Positions 24,407-36,701 of a stretch of 64,000 bases of DNA are shown here, piece by piece. Under the pieces are notes generated by a model. It was given only the letters and a program-made list of their open reading frames with translations. It was not told the DNA's origin and did not search any database. This DNA comes from Nemertoderma westbladi (lineage: Eukaryota; Animalia; Xenacoelomorpha), in NCBI GenBank assembly GCA_032718475.1, contig JAUCBJ010007629.1, positions 107,047 through 171,046 on the forward strand. The letters are read 5' to 3'. The position numbers and the translations under genes were made by a program. Each line of letters opens with the position of its first letter. The first letter of the stretch is position 1.

Positions 24407-25156
24407 ATGTCTTGTTCAACTCAGTCACGTTCTTCCTCTACTACACCTGCTACCAACAAGGAGTTAGATGGCAGCAATTCCGAAATCCTTTCTGCTATAA
24501 GCAAGCTTTCCGACGATATATCCTTCCTCAAGTCCGAGGTTGCGCCCCTGGAGAAAGTAATTAACGATATCACCAGCCTTAAGAAGGAAGTATCATCCAT
24601 CAAAAAAGACATGTCGGAACTGTCCGCCTTACTACTTTGCGTCGATCAACTTGAGATAGAAGCGGCTTTGCTTAAGTCTAGATTAGCCACATTTGATACA
24701 AAGTTCGATAACCTCGATCCGTTCTCTCGAAGGTCCAATTTCCTGATTCACGCTCTGCCAGAGAATAAAGATCACCATCTAGTTCTTCACGATCTCGGGT
24801 TGCAGCCTTCTGACATAGATATCTCTCATCGTTTCGGGGTAAAGAAGAATGACCATGGTAAATCGCGACCCGTTCTAGTCTGTCTTCTGTCCCAGGCAAA
24901 GAAAATCCATGTTATGAAAAACAAGGGTTTGGTTGCATCAAACGGCCTCTTTATTACCGAACATCTGACGAAAAGACGTGCCACTCTACTCAGTACTTTA
25001 AAGGAGCACAAACGGAATGGTCTGCTTCACTCGGCATATACATTCAATGGAACCATCATGGCTAAGGCCCAGGAGGGTGTCAAACCTGTGCCAATCCACA
25101 GCGATGTGGAAATCGGCACTCTAATTCGTGGTTCAGGTCTAAGTAAAGGCGAGTAG
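24407..25156 (+). CDS. LINE ORF1p (coiled coil, RRM, C-terminal domain)
   Basis: Heptad region, then RRSNFLIHALPE, DIDISHRFG, RPVLVCL, LFITEHLT and AYTFNGTI. Confidence 0.85.
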   Translation: MSCSTQSRSSSTTPATNKELDGSNSEILSAISKLSDDISFLKSEVAPLEKVINDITSLKKEVSSIKKDMSELSALLLCVDQLEIEAALLKSRLATFDTKFDNLDPFSRRSNFLIHALPENKDHHLVLHDLGLQPSDIDISHRFGVKKNDHGKSRPVLVCLLSQAKKIHVMKNKGLVASNGLFITEHLTKRRATLLSTLKEHKRNGLLHSAYTFNGTIMAKAQEGVKPVPIHSDVEIGTLIRGSGLSKGE

Positions 25157-25749
25157 ACTTTTGGCAAATTGGCCTATTCTATACTGGTTCTTAGTATCTT
25201 TTACGTTCTTCGTACCGCTGTTGCATCATGCTGCAGTGTACTATGTACTAGTACTACTACCGCCGCCAAATTGTCGATTTGAATAAACAGGTTCATACTT
25301 AACATACAATATATATATCTGTACATACACGTACATATACTATGTTTTGCTTATCTAGCCTTGATCAGTTAATGGAAACTATAATATATTTTTTGTCGTT
25401 TTGTGCTATATTGGAGATTTCAGATTTACTCCCTTTTCCTATCTTTTTATTGTAGGCCTACCGGTATTGGTATACAATTAATTACCCCCAGTTAAGTTTA
25501 AATTACTCCAAGTACCGTTTTGCTACATCATATATACCACCAGTCAGGCAGTACCGTTTTCTATATCGTATATACACACTTACCGGTATTAATATATAAA
25601 TGTTATTTTTGTCGAATAATGCCTTTTATACCGGTACTTTGTACCAGTATTCCGGCACAAAATATTTGACCTGCCACATGTAAAAATACAATATTGACTC
25701 TCCCGTGGGCAGTCATGTGGGGTCTGATACCTGCCTCACTGTTGCTTAA

Positions 25750-27544
25750 CCCTATTAAACCCAGGGGGGGGGGGCAATATGACCCCCCCGTGGTTTTTTT
25801 TATTATAATTCTGAAATAAACGCAGTTGGGAATCTGAAATTTTATGACTTTTCCTAAAAATCTATTGTCTTCCTAGTAGTGAAAACCGTTTTCAAAAATA
25901 TTGGGTAGTTATCGAGTCATAGCACCATTGTTTAACCCTACTTTTGGCACTTTTTTTGAGACGTTTTTTGAAAATTATATTTCATTAAATATGAATTGTA
26001 ACATCTCTATTTTTTATTTACACCGGTTTTTTGGTGTTAGCAATTGGATGGAATTCATATAAATTGATTTAGAAATTTCAAACTTGCTTTTTTCTGGGGT
26101 ACCAAATTTTGGTGCCAGCACCAAATTTTGAAATATGTCAATTTTTAAAATTGATTGTTTGAAACTTGTTTTTTACGCAATTGGGACTTTTTGGGGTTCT
26201 CGTTTCGATGAAATATATACGATTGCACCAAGCGTATTAAACTTGTATTTTTTGGTGCTGTGTGCAATTTTTGGTGCTCACTGTAATTAGGTTTTCATAC
26301 TTTCACCACGAAAAATTTGCGTCTCTGTTTGCCTAATACCTTTCATGGTATTTTGCTCGATTTAAATTCGGTGAAGAACCATTAAAATATCATGGTTAAA
26401 GTGCCATTTCAACATGAAATTTTCACGGTATAATACAATGCCTATCATACTGCCGAAGAAGCTTCCATGAATATTTCATTTGCATTGGACATGAAAATTT
26501 CATGTTGAAATAATATTTTACCATGAATATTTCATTTGCAATGGTCATGAAAATTTCATGGTGAAATAATATTTTACCATGAATATTTTATTTGCATTGG
26601 ACAAGAAAATTTCATGGTTAAATAATATTTTACCATGAATATTTCATTTGCATTGGACACGAAAATTTCATGGTAAAATAATATTTTACGAAATTTTGAA
26701 AATACATTCAATAGATAAAATTGCGTGTGACATTTTATTTCTTGCTTTTTAGAGGTTTATGGCTATTCTGAATTCAATGGAATATATAATTATCGAACTA
26801 GACATCTCAAACTAGTATTTTTCGGAAGTGGGTGCAAAAGTGGTGCTAGCACCAAATTTTGAAAACCATCAAATATATCAATTTATAGTATCATCTTGTT
26901 TCTTGCGTTATACGGGTTTATGAGGGTTCTAAATCCGATTGAATCAATAAAAACAGCACTGGACATCGCAAACTTGTACTTTTTGGTGATGGGTACGAAA
27001 TTTTGTGCTAGCACCAAAATTTGCCCAATTACGCCGAAAAATACAAGTATTAATGATCTGGCATATTAGAAATGTATTCCATTAGAATCAGCGCCCTAGA
27101 AAACATATAAATGGGAATTTATAGCATCGTATAAGTGAATTAAAAATTTTGTGTTCTAACTGAAAAGTGCTGGTTACTTGTTTTTTTCATTTTTTTCCTA
27201 CGCAGAGGACTAAACAGCCATTTATAGTAATCATATCATTTTTAAATATTTTCCAATGTGTTTTGCGCACCAAAAAACCTGTATTGAAAAAAAATTAGCC
27301 GAAAAATGTAACTTTCAAATTTTGTGAAAATTGTGCACTACTTGTAATTTTGGTGCTGCAATATTACCACCCCAGTATATTTTTTCAAGAATTTTTTTTT
27401 TCGGTCGGATCCACACTACTGATACCTACGTACAAACAAAAACTCAGGCGTTTTCGTAAAAATTTGTCGATTTTAGAGGGGGGGGGGTCAATATGACCCC
27501 CTCCCGGTATTTGTACAACATTTTACAGCCCGGTACTAATAGGG
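25750..27544 (+). mobile_element. TTAA MITE copy 2, complete, with a nested insertion
   Basis: TTAA TSD at 25746-25749 and 27545-27548; CCCTATTA...TAATAGGG termini. Confidence 0.9.
26279..26689 (+). repeat. Nested insertion beginning CACTGTAA, with four ~56-bp tandem units
   Basis: Absent from the other MITE copies. Unit catgaatatttcatttgcattggacatgaaaatttcatggtgaaataatattttac repeated four times at 26467-26689. Confidence 0.7.
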
Positions 27545-30500
27545 TTAAGCTTTGGCGTACTGTGCTACAGCCAGTTTCTTGTCGGATATGCGGTTCTTAT
27601 GTAAACCTAAAAACAACACAACGTGGGAGGATCCTTCGTGAGGATTCTCCCACACCAGGCGTAGGCGTTCCAACATTAGTATATAGAAAGTGGAGCTTAC
27701 TCGGGGCGTTTTACAACTTCCTAGGAATTATATTCTCTGAAATTAGCCACGTTTGTAGTTTTTGTTATTCTAAGAATTTTGTACGGTTTTGTTTTTTCAA
27801 TTTAGTTTCGCAACATTTCCAAATTGGCCACCAAATGTGGATTTTTGCCCCAATTTGGAAACTTCTAGCACTAAATGATTAAATTTGTGCGCGGATAAAT
27901 TTGCAAGTTTCATTAAAAAATTTCGTTTAGCCAAATTTGGCCATTTTGGCCACATTTTAATTTTACCCAAAAATTATCAAAATGGTAAATTTTTACATTG
28001 TTTTCTCGCTATCACCAAAGCAGCTTGGCCATTTCGATTGAAACTCATACCGAATACATATCCAATACAGTTGTTCATCGGGTCAAAATATTGGCCAAAA
28101 ATATTTAACAGTACGCCAATAATTTAACTTTTGGCCAATTTTGGGCCAAATTTGGATATTTTTGACAATTTTTAAATCGTTGTAACTCTGTATCTTTTAA
28201 TTAGAAGGAAACCGTTCCACTTGCGTTATATAGAGGGAAGATGGGAGTTCCATTACTGTTATTGGTATTGTGCGTTGCCTGAATATTAAGGGCCGGAAAT
28301 TGGGGCCGAAAAATGGTAATTTTGGAAGTTGACAAAATAGGTTTTGGTAGAAAGTGGTTTTCTCGGAATTGTCTGCTTATATTTTTCTTAAACTTTAACA
28401 TCACAGATGGATAAGATAGCTCTACATTTTATCCATTTAATGTTAATACAAAAAGTCTTTGCTTCTTGTAGTAAATAAGGGCCAAACTTAGGAAATCTGT
28501 ATTTTCTTGAAATTTAGCCTAAAATTAGGCACTCAAAATGCGATATATCGGCTTAAATTGCATTTTTCCGTAAATCCTTCAAATTAGTTTCTTAGAATTG
28601 CTTTGGGCACATCCGTACCAAATTTCATAAAAATCTGAGCAAGTTAAGTATTTTTGGAAGTTTGACAAATTTTGGCGAATTTTTTTTTCATTTTTTCATT
28701 TTTTTTTATTTTAGCCTCAGATTACCTCAAAATATACTATATAGGTACATTTTGGTGTGCTGAATCCGAATATGCATGCCATTTTCGATTTCAACGTTGT
28801 GTGTAGGTATGACAGACAAATAAAAAAAGTCCGTTAAATGGCCGTCTTTTTGAAAGTCTGAGCTTTAGTTTAAGAACTTCCTAGGAATTATATTTTCTAA
28901 AACTGTGCTCAATTAAAGAACGTTTTAGGGTAAGAAAAATGACGCTGGCAACTATTTATATGAGTTGGCCCAACCCACCCAATTTTACTCCAAACCGTCA
29001 AATTTTCACTGATTTTTAACGAAATTAACCAATTTTCACCACAAAATTACATATTTATAAAAAATAAAACAACTTCCTAGGAATTATTCTTTTTTTAACT
29101 TTGGTCATTTATAGAACATGATAATAGAACAAAATTGACATATTCCAAAATTTTCAAGAGTTGCACGAACCTGGTCAATTTTGTGGTCAAATCTGGCTTA
29201 CGTAGCCATACAATTTGGCAATTCCCGGCTCTTAAACTCTTATAGTTTAAAAATCGTACCGATTATAAATATATTGAGTATAGCAATTCTAAACGCATTA
29301 ATTTCCGTACGTAACAATGAAAATTTCATCGAATACGGTCGTGTTGCACCAGAGTTACAGCGATTTTTATAATTGCACATCGTATTAAAAGTTTCATTAT
29401 TGTTGTATTATTTGACCATTTTGAAATTCCCTCCATCAATCCATTTGAATATCATAACATGATGGCCTACATCAAACACATAGCCAAAGCCAACCAATGG
29501 TACAGCTCTAGCCAATAACATATAATTTGTATCCTAGCAACGGCAACACTTTTTGTAGTGTGAGGCAGGGACAAGGCGCCTTGGGCAAGAATGATGGCTG
29601 TGTAGCAGTTCACTGCAGTTACCGGTAGTGTTTGATTTTATATACCGGTCTGCCCCTCCACTGGAACGCCTGCTGCAGTACTGCAGTAGCGTACCACCGC
29701 CTGTACTTTCACAGGCCTTACTACAGTAGGCCTACCTGCCTACTACTGTACTATACATTTCACTTGTATTCTAGGCTTGTCTGCATGTTATCAGGTTTGG
29801 TACCGGTACGCTGTATGCAGGCAGCAGGCAGGCAGGTATGGTCTGACGGTTGTTGTATAATTAAATTTAGGCCTATTTCAGTATTTCATTTATTATTTGT
29901 TAATTTTTAGTGAGCCTAATACTGTGATTGTACTAGGCCTAGCATTTTTGTTTTCTCATGTTCTTTCAGTAGGCCTAACCAATCCACATTCACGCATTTG
30001 GCTAATAACCTCAGGATTTTAGTAAACTCATGAGACAATCTGCCTGCATTATAGGCCTACTGCAGTTCTAAACCTCAAGTTTGGAAGTTGTAATCCTGTA
30101 ATCCTTATATCCGAGGATCCCTATGAGGTGGGGATCACTTGCAGCTTATCCTAACGAATCGTCTCCTTCTGCACATAAATGACTGCTTAGTCTTCAACGT
30201 TGATGACACAAACTGGCGGACTGGGTGCCAGCACGTTTGCGATAACATTCTCGCATATCTCTGGACGGCCAAGGTCGAGAGAGGGTCGTACTGGAACTCT
30301 ATCATCGCGACTTCCGGCCCTTCGCCTCGTTTCTCCGACGCAATGCTGAAAGATGCAAAATTGGGCCTACTGGGCATGCTCGATTCCGGTGGGAAAACTA
30401 CCGGTAGTTCCAATCGCATTGTACGTATACGTAAGCAGGACTTCGCTAAAAGCAAACATGCATGTGAAACTAAAGATACTTCGTGGTATCGGTACGATTA

Positions 30501-31378
30501 CAGCGCATGGTTTATGGTACTTGCAACGTTTACCGGATGAAATCTTAGGCTCTAGAATCAGCGGCATGAAATACTGAAATACAAAGTGCAAAACTTTCGT
30601 GGGTCAACTGCGGTAGAGCAATTCAGTGCAACAGCAAGCGATGAGTTATTATGGGTTGCGTTCCGGAGCGAGTTGGGATCCCCAGTTTAAATTCGCGAGT
30701 GGTTCGGTGTCCATCAGTCGACCAGACACGCTTTGGTTCATTGAGTTTTTAACTTTCATGTCTTCGTTTCATCCAAACCGCATCCGGGTAGGGATACCAA
30801 ACCACCGCGTTATTTAATGCTTTTTAATTTTGTTATTGTCTATCGATTGACTTATATATAACCTGTGCCTTTATTCAGTTACTGTGTTAACATTTATGAC
30901 GTCGTATTGGTGTAAATGTATGCCCATGTATTAATTATTTGTGGTCCTACTGTATATTGCCATGAGCAGAAATTATTTTATTAATTGAACAAATTAAATT
31001 CACAATTTAGTATTGAATCTTTAATATATTATACTAAATAATAATAATATTTATTATTATGTAAATATATTAATAGTATAAACAGCTATAGCTATATACC
31101 ATAAATATATTGTTATATTTCATAATTAAAATTTGTTTAATAAATTATTTTGCATTTTGTAGAAATACTGATATATCTTTTAGCGTATTTACAAAAGCAA
31201 AGAATAAAAAAGGTGCTTTTGTGATAATTATGCAAATAAATTTTTTATTTTAATGCAAATACTTACAGTAATATTAACCAAGTATTTTGTTACACAGTAA
31301 AATTTAGTTTTCATTCTTTGATATATTTTTTTGTTGGTTTTAAATAAAATTTTAAATATTTTTGGTACTAAACAAGAT

Positions 31379-31425
31379 CCCCAATGTCCCGTCAACACCT
31401 TGGGTTGACGAGAGGGACATTGGGG
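31379..31425. other. GC-rich hairpin in an AT-rich context
   Basis: ccccaatgtccc-gtcaac / gttgac-gggacattgggg arms, preceded by AAACAAGA and followed by CTAAT. Confidence 0.6.
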
Positions 31426-34079
31426 CTAATCTCTAATAAGGAATTCTACCCCCCCCCCCCCCCCCCCCTCCTTACTTTCGGACTAACAATTAGTAAATTG
31501 TGGATTTCAGTTTCCAACAATTCCATTTAAATCGCACTCTTATATGAACAGAACTTCACAGTCTAGTCCAATATTAAAATTGTTTGTGAATTCGAATTGT
31601 TTGTGAAACTATATGTTTCATCATAATATGAATTTTTTTACAGCTTTGATATTATACTGACATCGTAGATGTTACTGAAAGATGGCACAACCGAATTTTA
31701 TTTAGTATGTATAGGCCCTAGCCAGCAAACTTGTGGTGCTGTATGTTGGTACAGTACATTAATAGTTGTTATGGGTAAAATTAATTATTGCGGAATTTCA
31801 GAACAGTAATAATATTAATAATGTTAATAACCTACTGTATTAGGTTTATGATGTTTAGGATGCATATTTGGTGTACAGAATCGATAATGGATATACTCTG
31901 TGTTCCTATTAAAGTACTGATAATGTAATAATATATATGATTATTGCTTATTTGGTTTTTTTTAATAATATAAATAAGATATTAATTATTATAAAACAAA
32001 GAATCTTAATAATGAAATTATTAAGAGTTAATTAAGCCACCGCAAACTGACGTTACAAGGCGGGAAATTTGAGACTACTACTAAGACAAACACAGTAACA
32101 TGGACTGGCAGACATGAGTGTGGTTCTATGTACTAATACAGTAATGCGATATTTGTGTAAGTATTTGGGGAGTATCAAGAGAGGTGGGAGAGGCTGATTT
32201 TCCTCTATTGCTGCTGGCTTTTCTATTCCTCCGTTTCTATACCGACCACCCCCCCCCCCCCCCCCCCCCCTCTCTGTCTACCACCCTCCCTCCCCTAGCA
32301 CCCGCACCCCTTGTTGTATAGTGAACTAGAATTATATTGGGTGATGGTTGTTTTATATTTGTTGTCCGTTTATGTAAGTTGTATTTTGGTTTGTTTATGT
32401 AGAAGTACAGTTTTCGTACATAGCCCGACTCGACTGACATTGCGCGTTGTTTTATTACTCACAGCCCCATTCCACTGGCCACTTTTTCTTGTTTGTTCAA
32501 ACTTTAAACTTACTAATAATGCATTATATTGTTTGCAAGCCAGTAACAACCAAATGTTTCTACATTATCCGACAAAATGTGGCGGATAGCCACAACAAAC
32601 CATATTCAAAATTTTCACGTTTTATTATGGTTCTTATTGGTTTGCAAACAGTACCCAGTGGCATCCAGTGTATGTTTTATTAGCCACAGTAGTATATTCA
32701 ATTACCTTCCAACCATCTTCCATATCGATCCTTCTTTGCGGTGATATAGAGAGTAACCCTGGCCCGCTCTCTGTATGGCACCATAATGTCCGCAGCCTTT
32801 TACCAAAATTAAATAACAAAATCTGCACTGACAAGTTAAAAATAATTTACGACACTATCTTAGATTTAAATATTGATATTTTTATTGTAACGGAAACATG
32901 GTTTTTAAAATGTACGGCAGCTGACCATGAAAGTGAGCTGAACAAACACTCTTATAAATACTATGACAAACCCCGCGCTGACAACTCGGGGTACGGTGGT
33001 GTCGGGTTATTTATCAGGGAGTCATTACCCCATCTCAGACGCACTGGCAGGGCCTTTAACTCGCAAGGTCTAGAATTAATATTTATTGATATTTTCATCG
33101 TAAAATTAAAAGTTCTCGTGATTGGTCTTTACACACCCACCGAACCTACTGCACAGTACTGGGATACCTTGTACGATGTTATTTGTAACATCACGACAGC
33201 GTATAAATATGATGGAATTCTTCTTTTAGGTGACTTTAATACCAACTGTTTTCACCAAACTCCTTTTCTAGTAAACAAATTCTGCTCTTTAACTGGTTTT
33301 ACCCAAGTGATAAACTCTATAACTCGATCCCAATCCCAATCTTGCATTGACTTATTATTCACTAATTTACTTCCCCTGAAAATTAAGGCGGACGCACATG
33401 CTGATATTTGTTTTGACAACAACCTTCCTATTTCTGACCACTCGCCAATTTTTATCGACTTAAACGTTGATATCAAACCGCCACCCCTTTTCATTCGTAC
33501 CGTATGGGATTATGACAAAGCGAACTGGGGAGAATTCAGACAATTCCTAAATAGCAAATGTCTTAGTAGCTACTTTGGTGCACATGCCGATGACCCTGTT
33601 GAAGGTGTTAATTTTCTCACAGAGACTTTACTTGAAGGTACGAATAGATTTATTCCCAGCCACAAAATAAAAACCAGATCCAGCGACCCTAAGTGGATAA
33701 ATAATGAGTTGCGCTCACTGTTCAGGCGCAGGGAAAGGCTACACAAACGAGCCAAAGGGACACCCAACAACTCAAATCAATGGGTCAATTTCAGAAAATA
33801 TCGAAATTTTGTCACTCAAAAAGTTCGCTTAGCTAAGGCTTCATATTCTAGTGAATTGTATTTATCAACCAAAAGTTCCAGCAACTTAGACTCTAAGAAA
33901 TGGTTTTCAATAGTAAAGTCGGTACTGGGGAAAAACAAATTATCATCCATCCCGTTCTTATTTGATGGTGATACAGCGGTGTATGAAGCCTTTGACAAAG
34001 CCCAAGTTCTAAATAACAGATTTGTCATTAATTCCACTTTACCAGGTTTATTACCGACGACCCCAGTACAATCCACACC

Positions 34080-35140
34080 TCAGACAGCACCACCGCTAGT
34101 ACATCCCACACACCAGCCTGTACCACCGGTGGTACTTTCTGTAGTACCTCCAGTGCTTCACCACATACCCCCGACTGTACCACTGGTAGTACATCCCACA
34201 CCTCCGATTGTACCTCCAGCAGTGCACCCCATACCCCAGACTGTACCACCGGTTGTACATCCCACACCTCCGATTGTACCTCCAGCAGTGCACCCCATAC
34301 CCCAGACTGTACCACCGGTAGTACATCCCACACCTCCGATTGTACCTCCAGCAGTGCACCCCATACCCCAGACTGTACCACCGGTAGTACATCCCACACC
34401 TCCGATTGTACCTCCAGCAGTGCACCCCATACCCCAGACTGTACCACCGGTGGTACATCCCACACCTCCGATTGTACCTCCAGCAGTGCACCCCATACCC
34501 CAGACTGTACCACCGGTAGTACATCCCACACCTCCGACTGTACCTCCAGCAGTGCACCCCATACCCCAGACTGTACCACCGGTGGTACATACCACACCTC
34601 CGATTGTACTTCCAGCAGTGCACCCCATACCCCAGACTGTACCACCGGTAGTACATTCCACACCTCCGACTGTACCTCCAGCAGTGCACCCCATACCCCA
34701 GACTGTACCACCGGTAGTACATCCCACACCTCCGATTGTACCTCCAGCAGTGCACCCCATATCCCTGACTGTACCACCGGTAGTACATCCCACACCTCCG
34801 ATTGTACCTCCAGCAGTGCACCCCATACCTCAGACTGTACCACCGGTAGTACATCCCACACCTCCGACTGTACCTCCAGCAGTGCACCCCATACCCCAGA
34901 CTGTACCACCGGTAGTACATCCCACACCTCCGACTGTACCTCCAGCAGTGCACCCCATATCCCTGACTGTACCACCGGTAGTACATCCCACACCTCCGAT
35001 TGTACCTCCAGCAGTGCACCCCATACCTCAGACTGTACCATCGGTGCTACATCCTGTAGTGCCCCCAGTGCTTTATCCCATACCACAGACTGTACCATCG
35101 GTGGTATATCCCGTGGAGCCTGCAGCGGTACATCCCATAC
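34080..35140 (+). repeat. 60-bp coding minisatellite (two 30-bp subunits) inside LINE ORF2
   Basis: About 14 homogeneous units encoding PPIVPPAVHPIPQTVPPVVHPT-like repeats, with degenerate flanking units. Confidence 0.95.
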
Positions 35141-36573
35141 CACAATCTTTACCCCCGACCTCACTACACCCCAACCCCTCTACTCTTCAGGGCTTCCCTG
35201 AAGAGGCAGTCCTAGAGCACATACAGATTTCAGAAGAGGACGTACGTGCAGGTACTGTATTTCATCCTTAAAAACGAATGGATCTCCTGGTATCGATGGA
35301 ATAAGTAACAGAGTTATTAAATCATTATCCGGCTCTTTAATAGTCGGTCTAACTATTTTATTTAACGCGTTACTTAACATTTCTATTTTTCCACAATCTG
35401 GAAGTATTCTAATATTACTCCAATTTTTAAAAAGGGAGAATTTTATAATTCTGGCAACTATTGCCCAATTTCTTTATTAAATAACCTTTCTAAGCTTTTT
35501 GAAACTGTTGTCAGAAAGCATATCTGGAATTTCCTATGGCATAAAATATCGAAACGACAATCAGGATTTATTCCCGGCGATAGTTGCCAAAACCAACTTC
35601 TCTTCCTATAGGACTCCTGGTGCCAGGCCTGGGACGAAGGCAACGTCACACAAGTAATATTCTGTGATGTCACAAAAGCCTTTGACAGGGTATGGCACGC
35701 AGGTCTCCTTGAAAAATTATATAGAATGGGAAACCGCGGTCGCTTATTGGCATGGTTCCAATGTTATTTATCAGGGCGTTGGCAGCGTGTAGTACTAGAT
35801 GGGACATGCTCACTGTTTCTGGCGGTGCTCGCTGGCGTACCCCAGGAAAGTCTGCTCGGTCCATCTTATTTTTTATTTACATAAATGACCTTGTTGATGT
35901 ATTGTCGGCAAACTGTTCACTGTTTGCTGACGATACATCTCTTTCATCTAGAATCATTCATCCTGTTGTGCGCGTTCACTTTCTTAACCACGACTTCATG
36001 AACTACACACTTGGGCTACTAAATGGCTCGTAACTTTTAACCCAGAGAAAACCATTGTAATGACTATGTGTGGTTCCATCCCCTACCAGACAGTGTCACT
36101 ACATCTAAATGGCAAGGCCCTTCCGTGTGGTGAGACTCACAAACACCTGGGACTGGTATTTTCTTCCAATTTCAAGTTCAATGACCATGTCCTAGAACTA
36201 ATTAACTCAGTTTTGAGAAATCTATTGGTTCTGCGGAAAACTAAATACGTCCTATCCAAAGATGCAATACTAAAAATATACAAAACATTTATACGTCCTA
36301 AACTGGAATACGGCTGTGCGGTCTGGAACAACATATCTCAAGAAATGTCTGAACTACTTGACAATTTTGAACTTGAAATTCTAAGAATTGCCACTGGTGC
36401 TCCATCTCGCACTTCACATAGCAAGTTATATACCGAATGCAACATACAGAGTCTCTCTTCCAGGCGCTCAGCCATCTGCTTAATAACTTTTTATAAAATT
36501 ATTAACAAGTTAACTCCGGAGTACTTATTTTCCAGAATCCCAATTACAGTAGGGCAAAACCCATCACATAGTT

Positions 36574-36701
36574 CAAGCAAAGCAAACAGTCGGCCGAAGC
36601 CAGAGGCGACCCAAAGGCTCCTCTTTCGATAGCTGCTACCCGAGGGTAGGGGTGGGCGCTACTCCTATCCCAAGATTTGCTCCCAGTTATTTAACTGGTA
36701 T
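36574..36701 (-). mobile_element. Short retroposon (SINE 3' end) inserted in ORF2 with an 11-bp TSD
   Basis: ATCACATAGTT is duplicated at 36563 and 36702. Removing the insert restores GQNPSHSYPLRN. The minus strand ends in a (TTTGC)n-like tail. Confidence 0.8.

Noticed and set aside
34028-35164. Long minus-strand repeat ORFs (378, 307 and 222 aa) or a CRISPR-like array
   Set aside because: These are shadow frames of a stop-free minisatellite. The units are contiguous with no unique spacers, and the context is eukaryotic.
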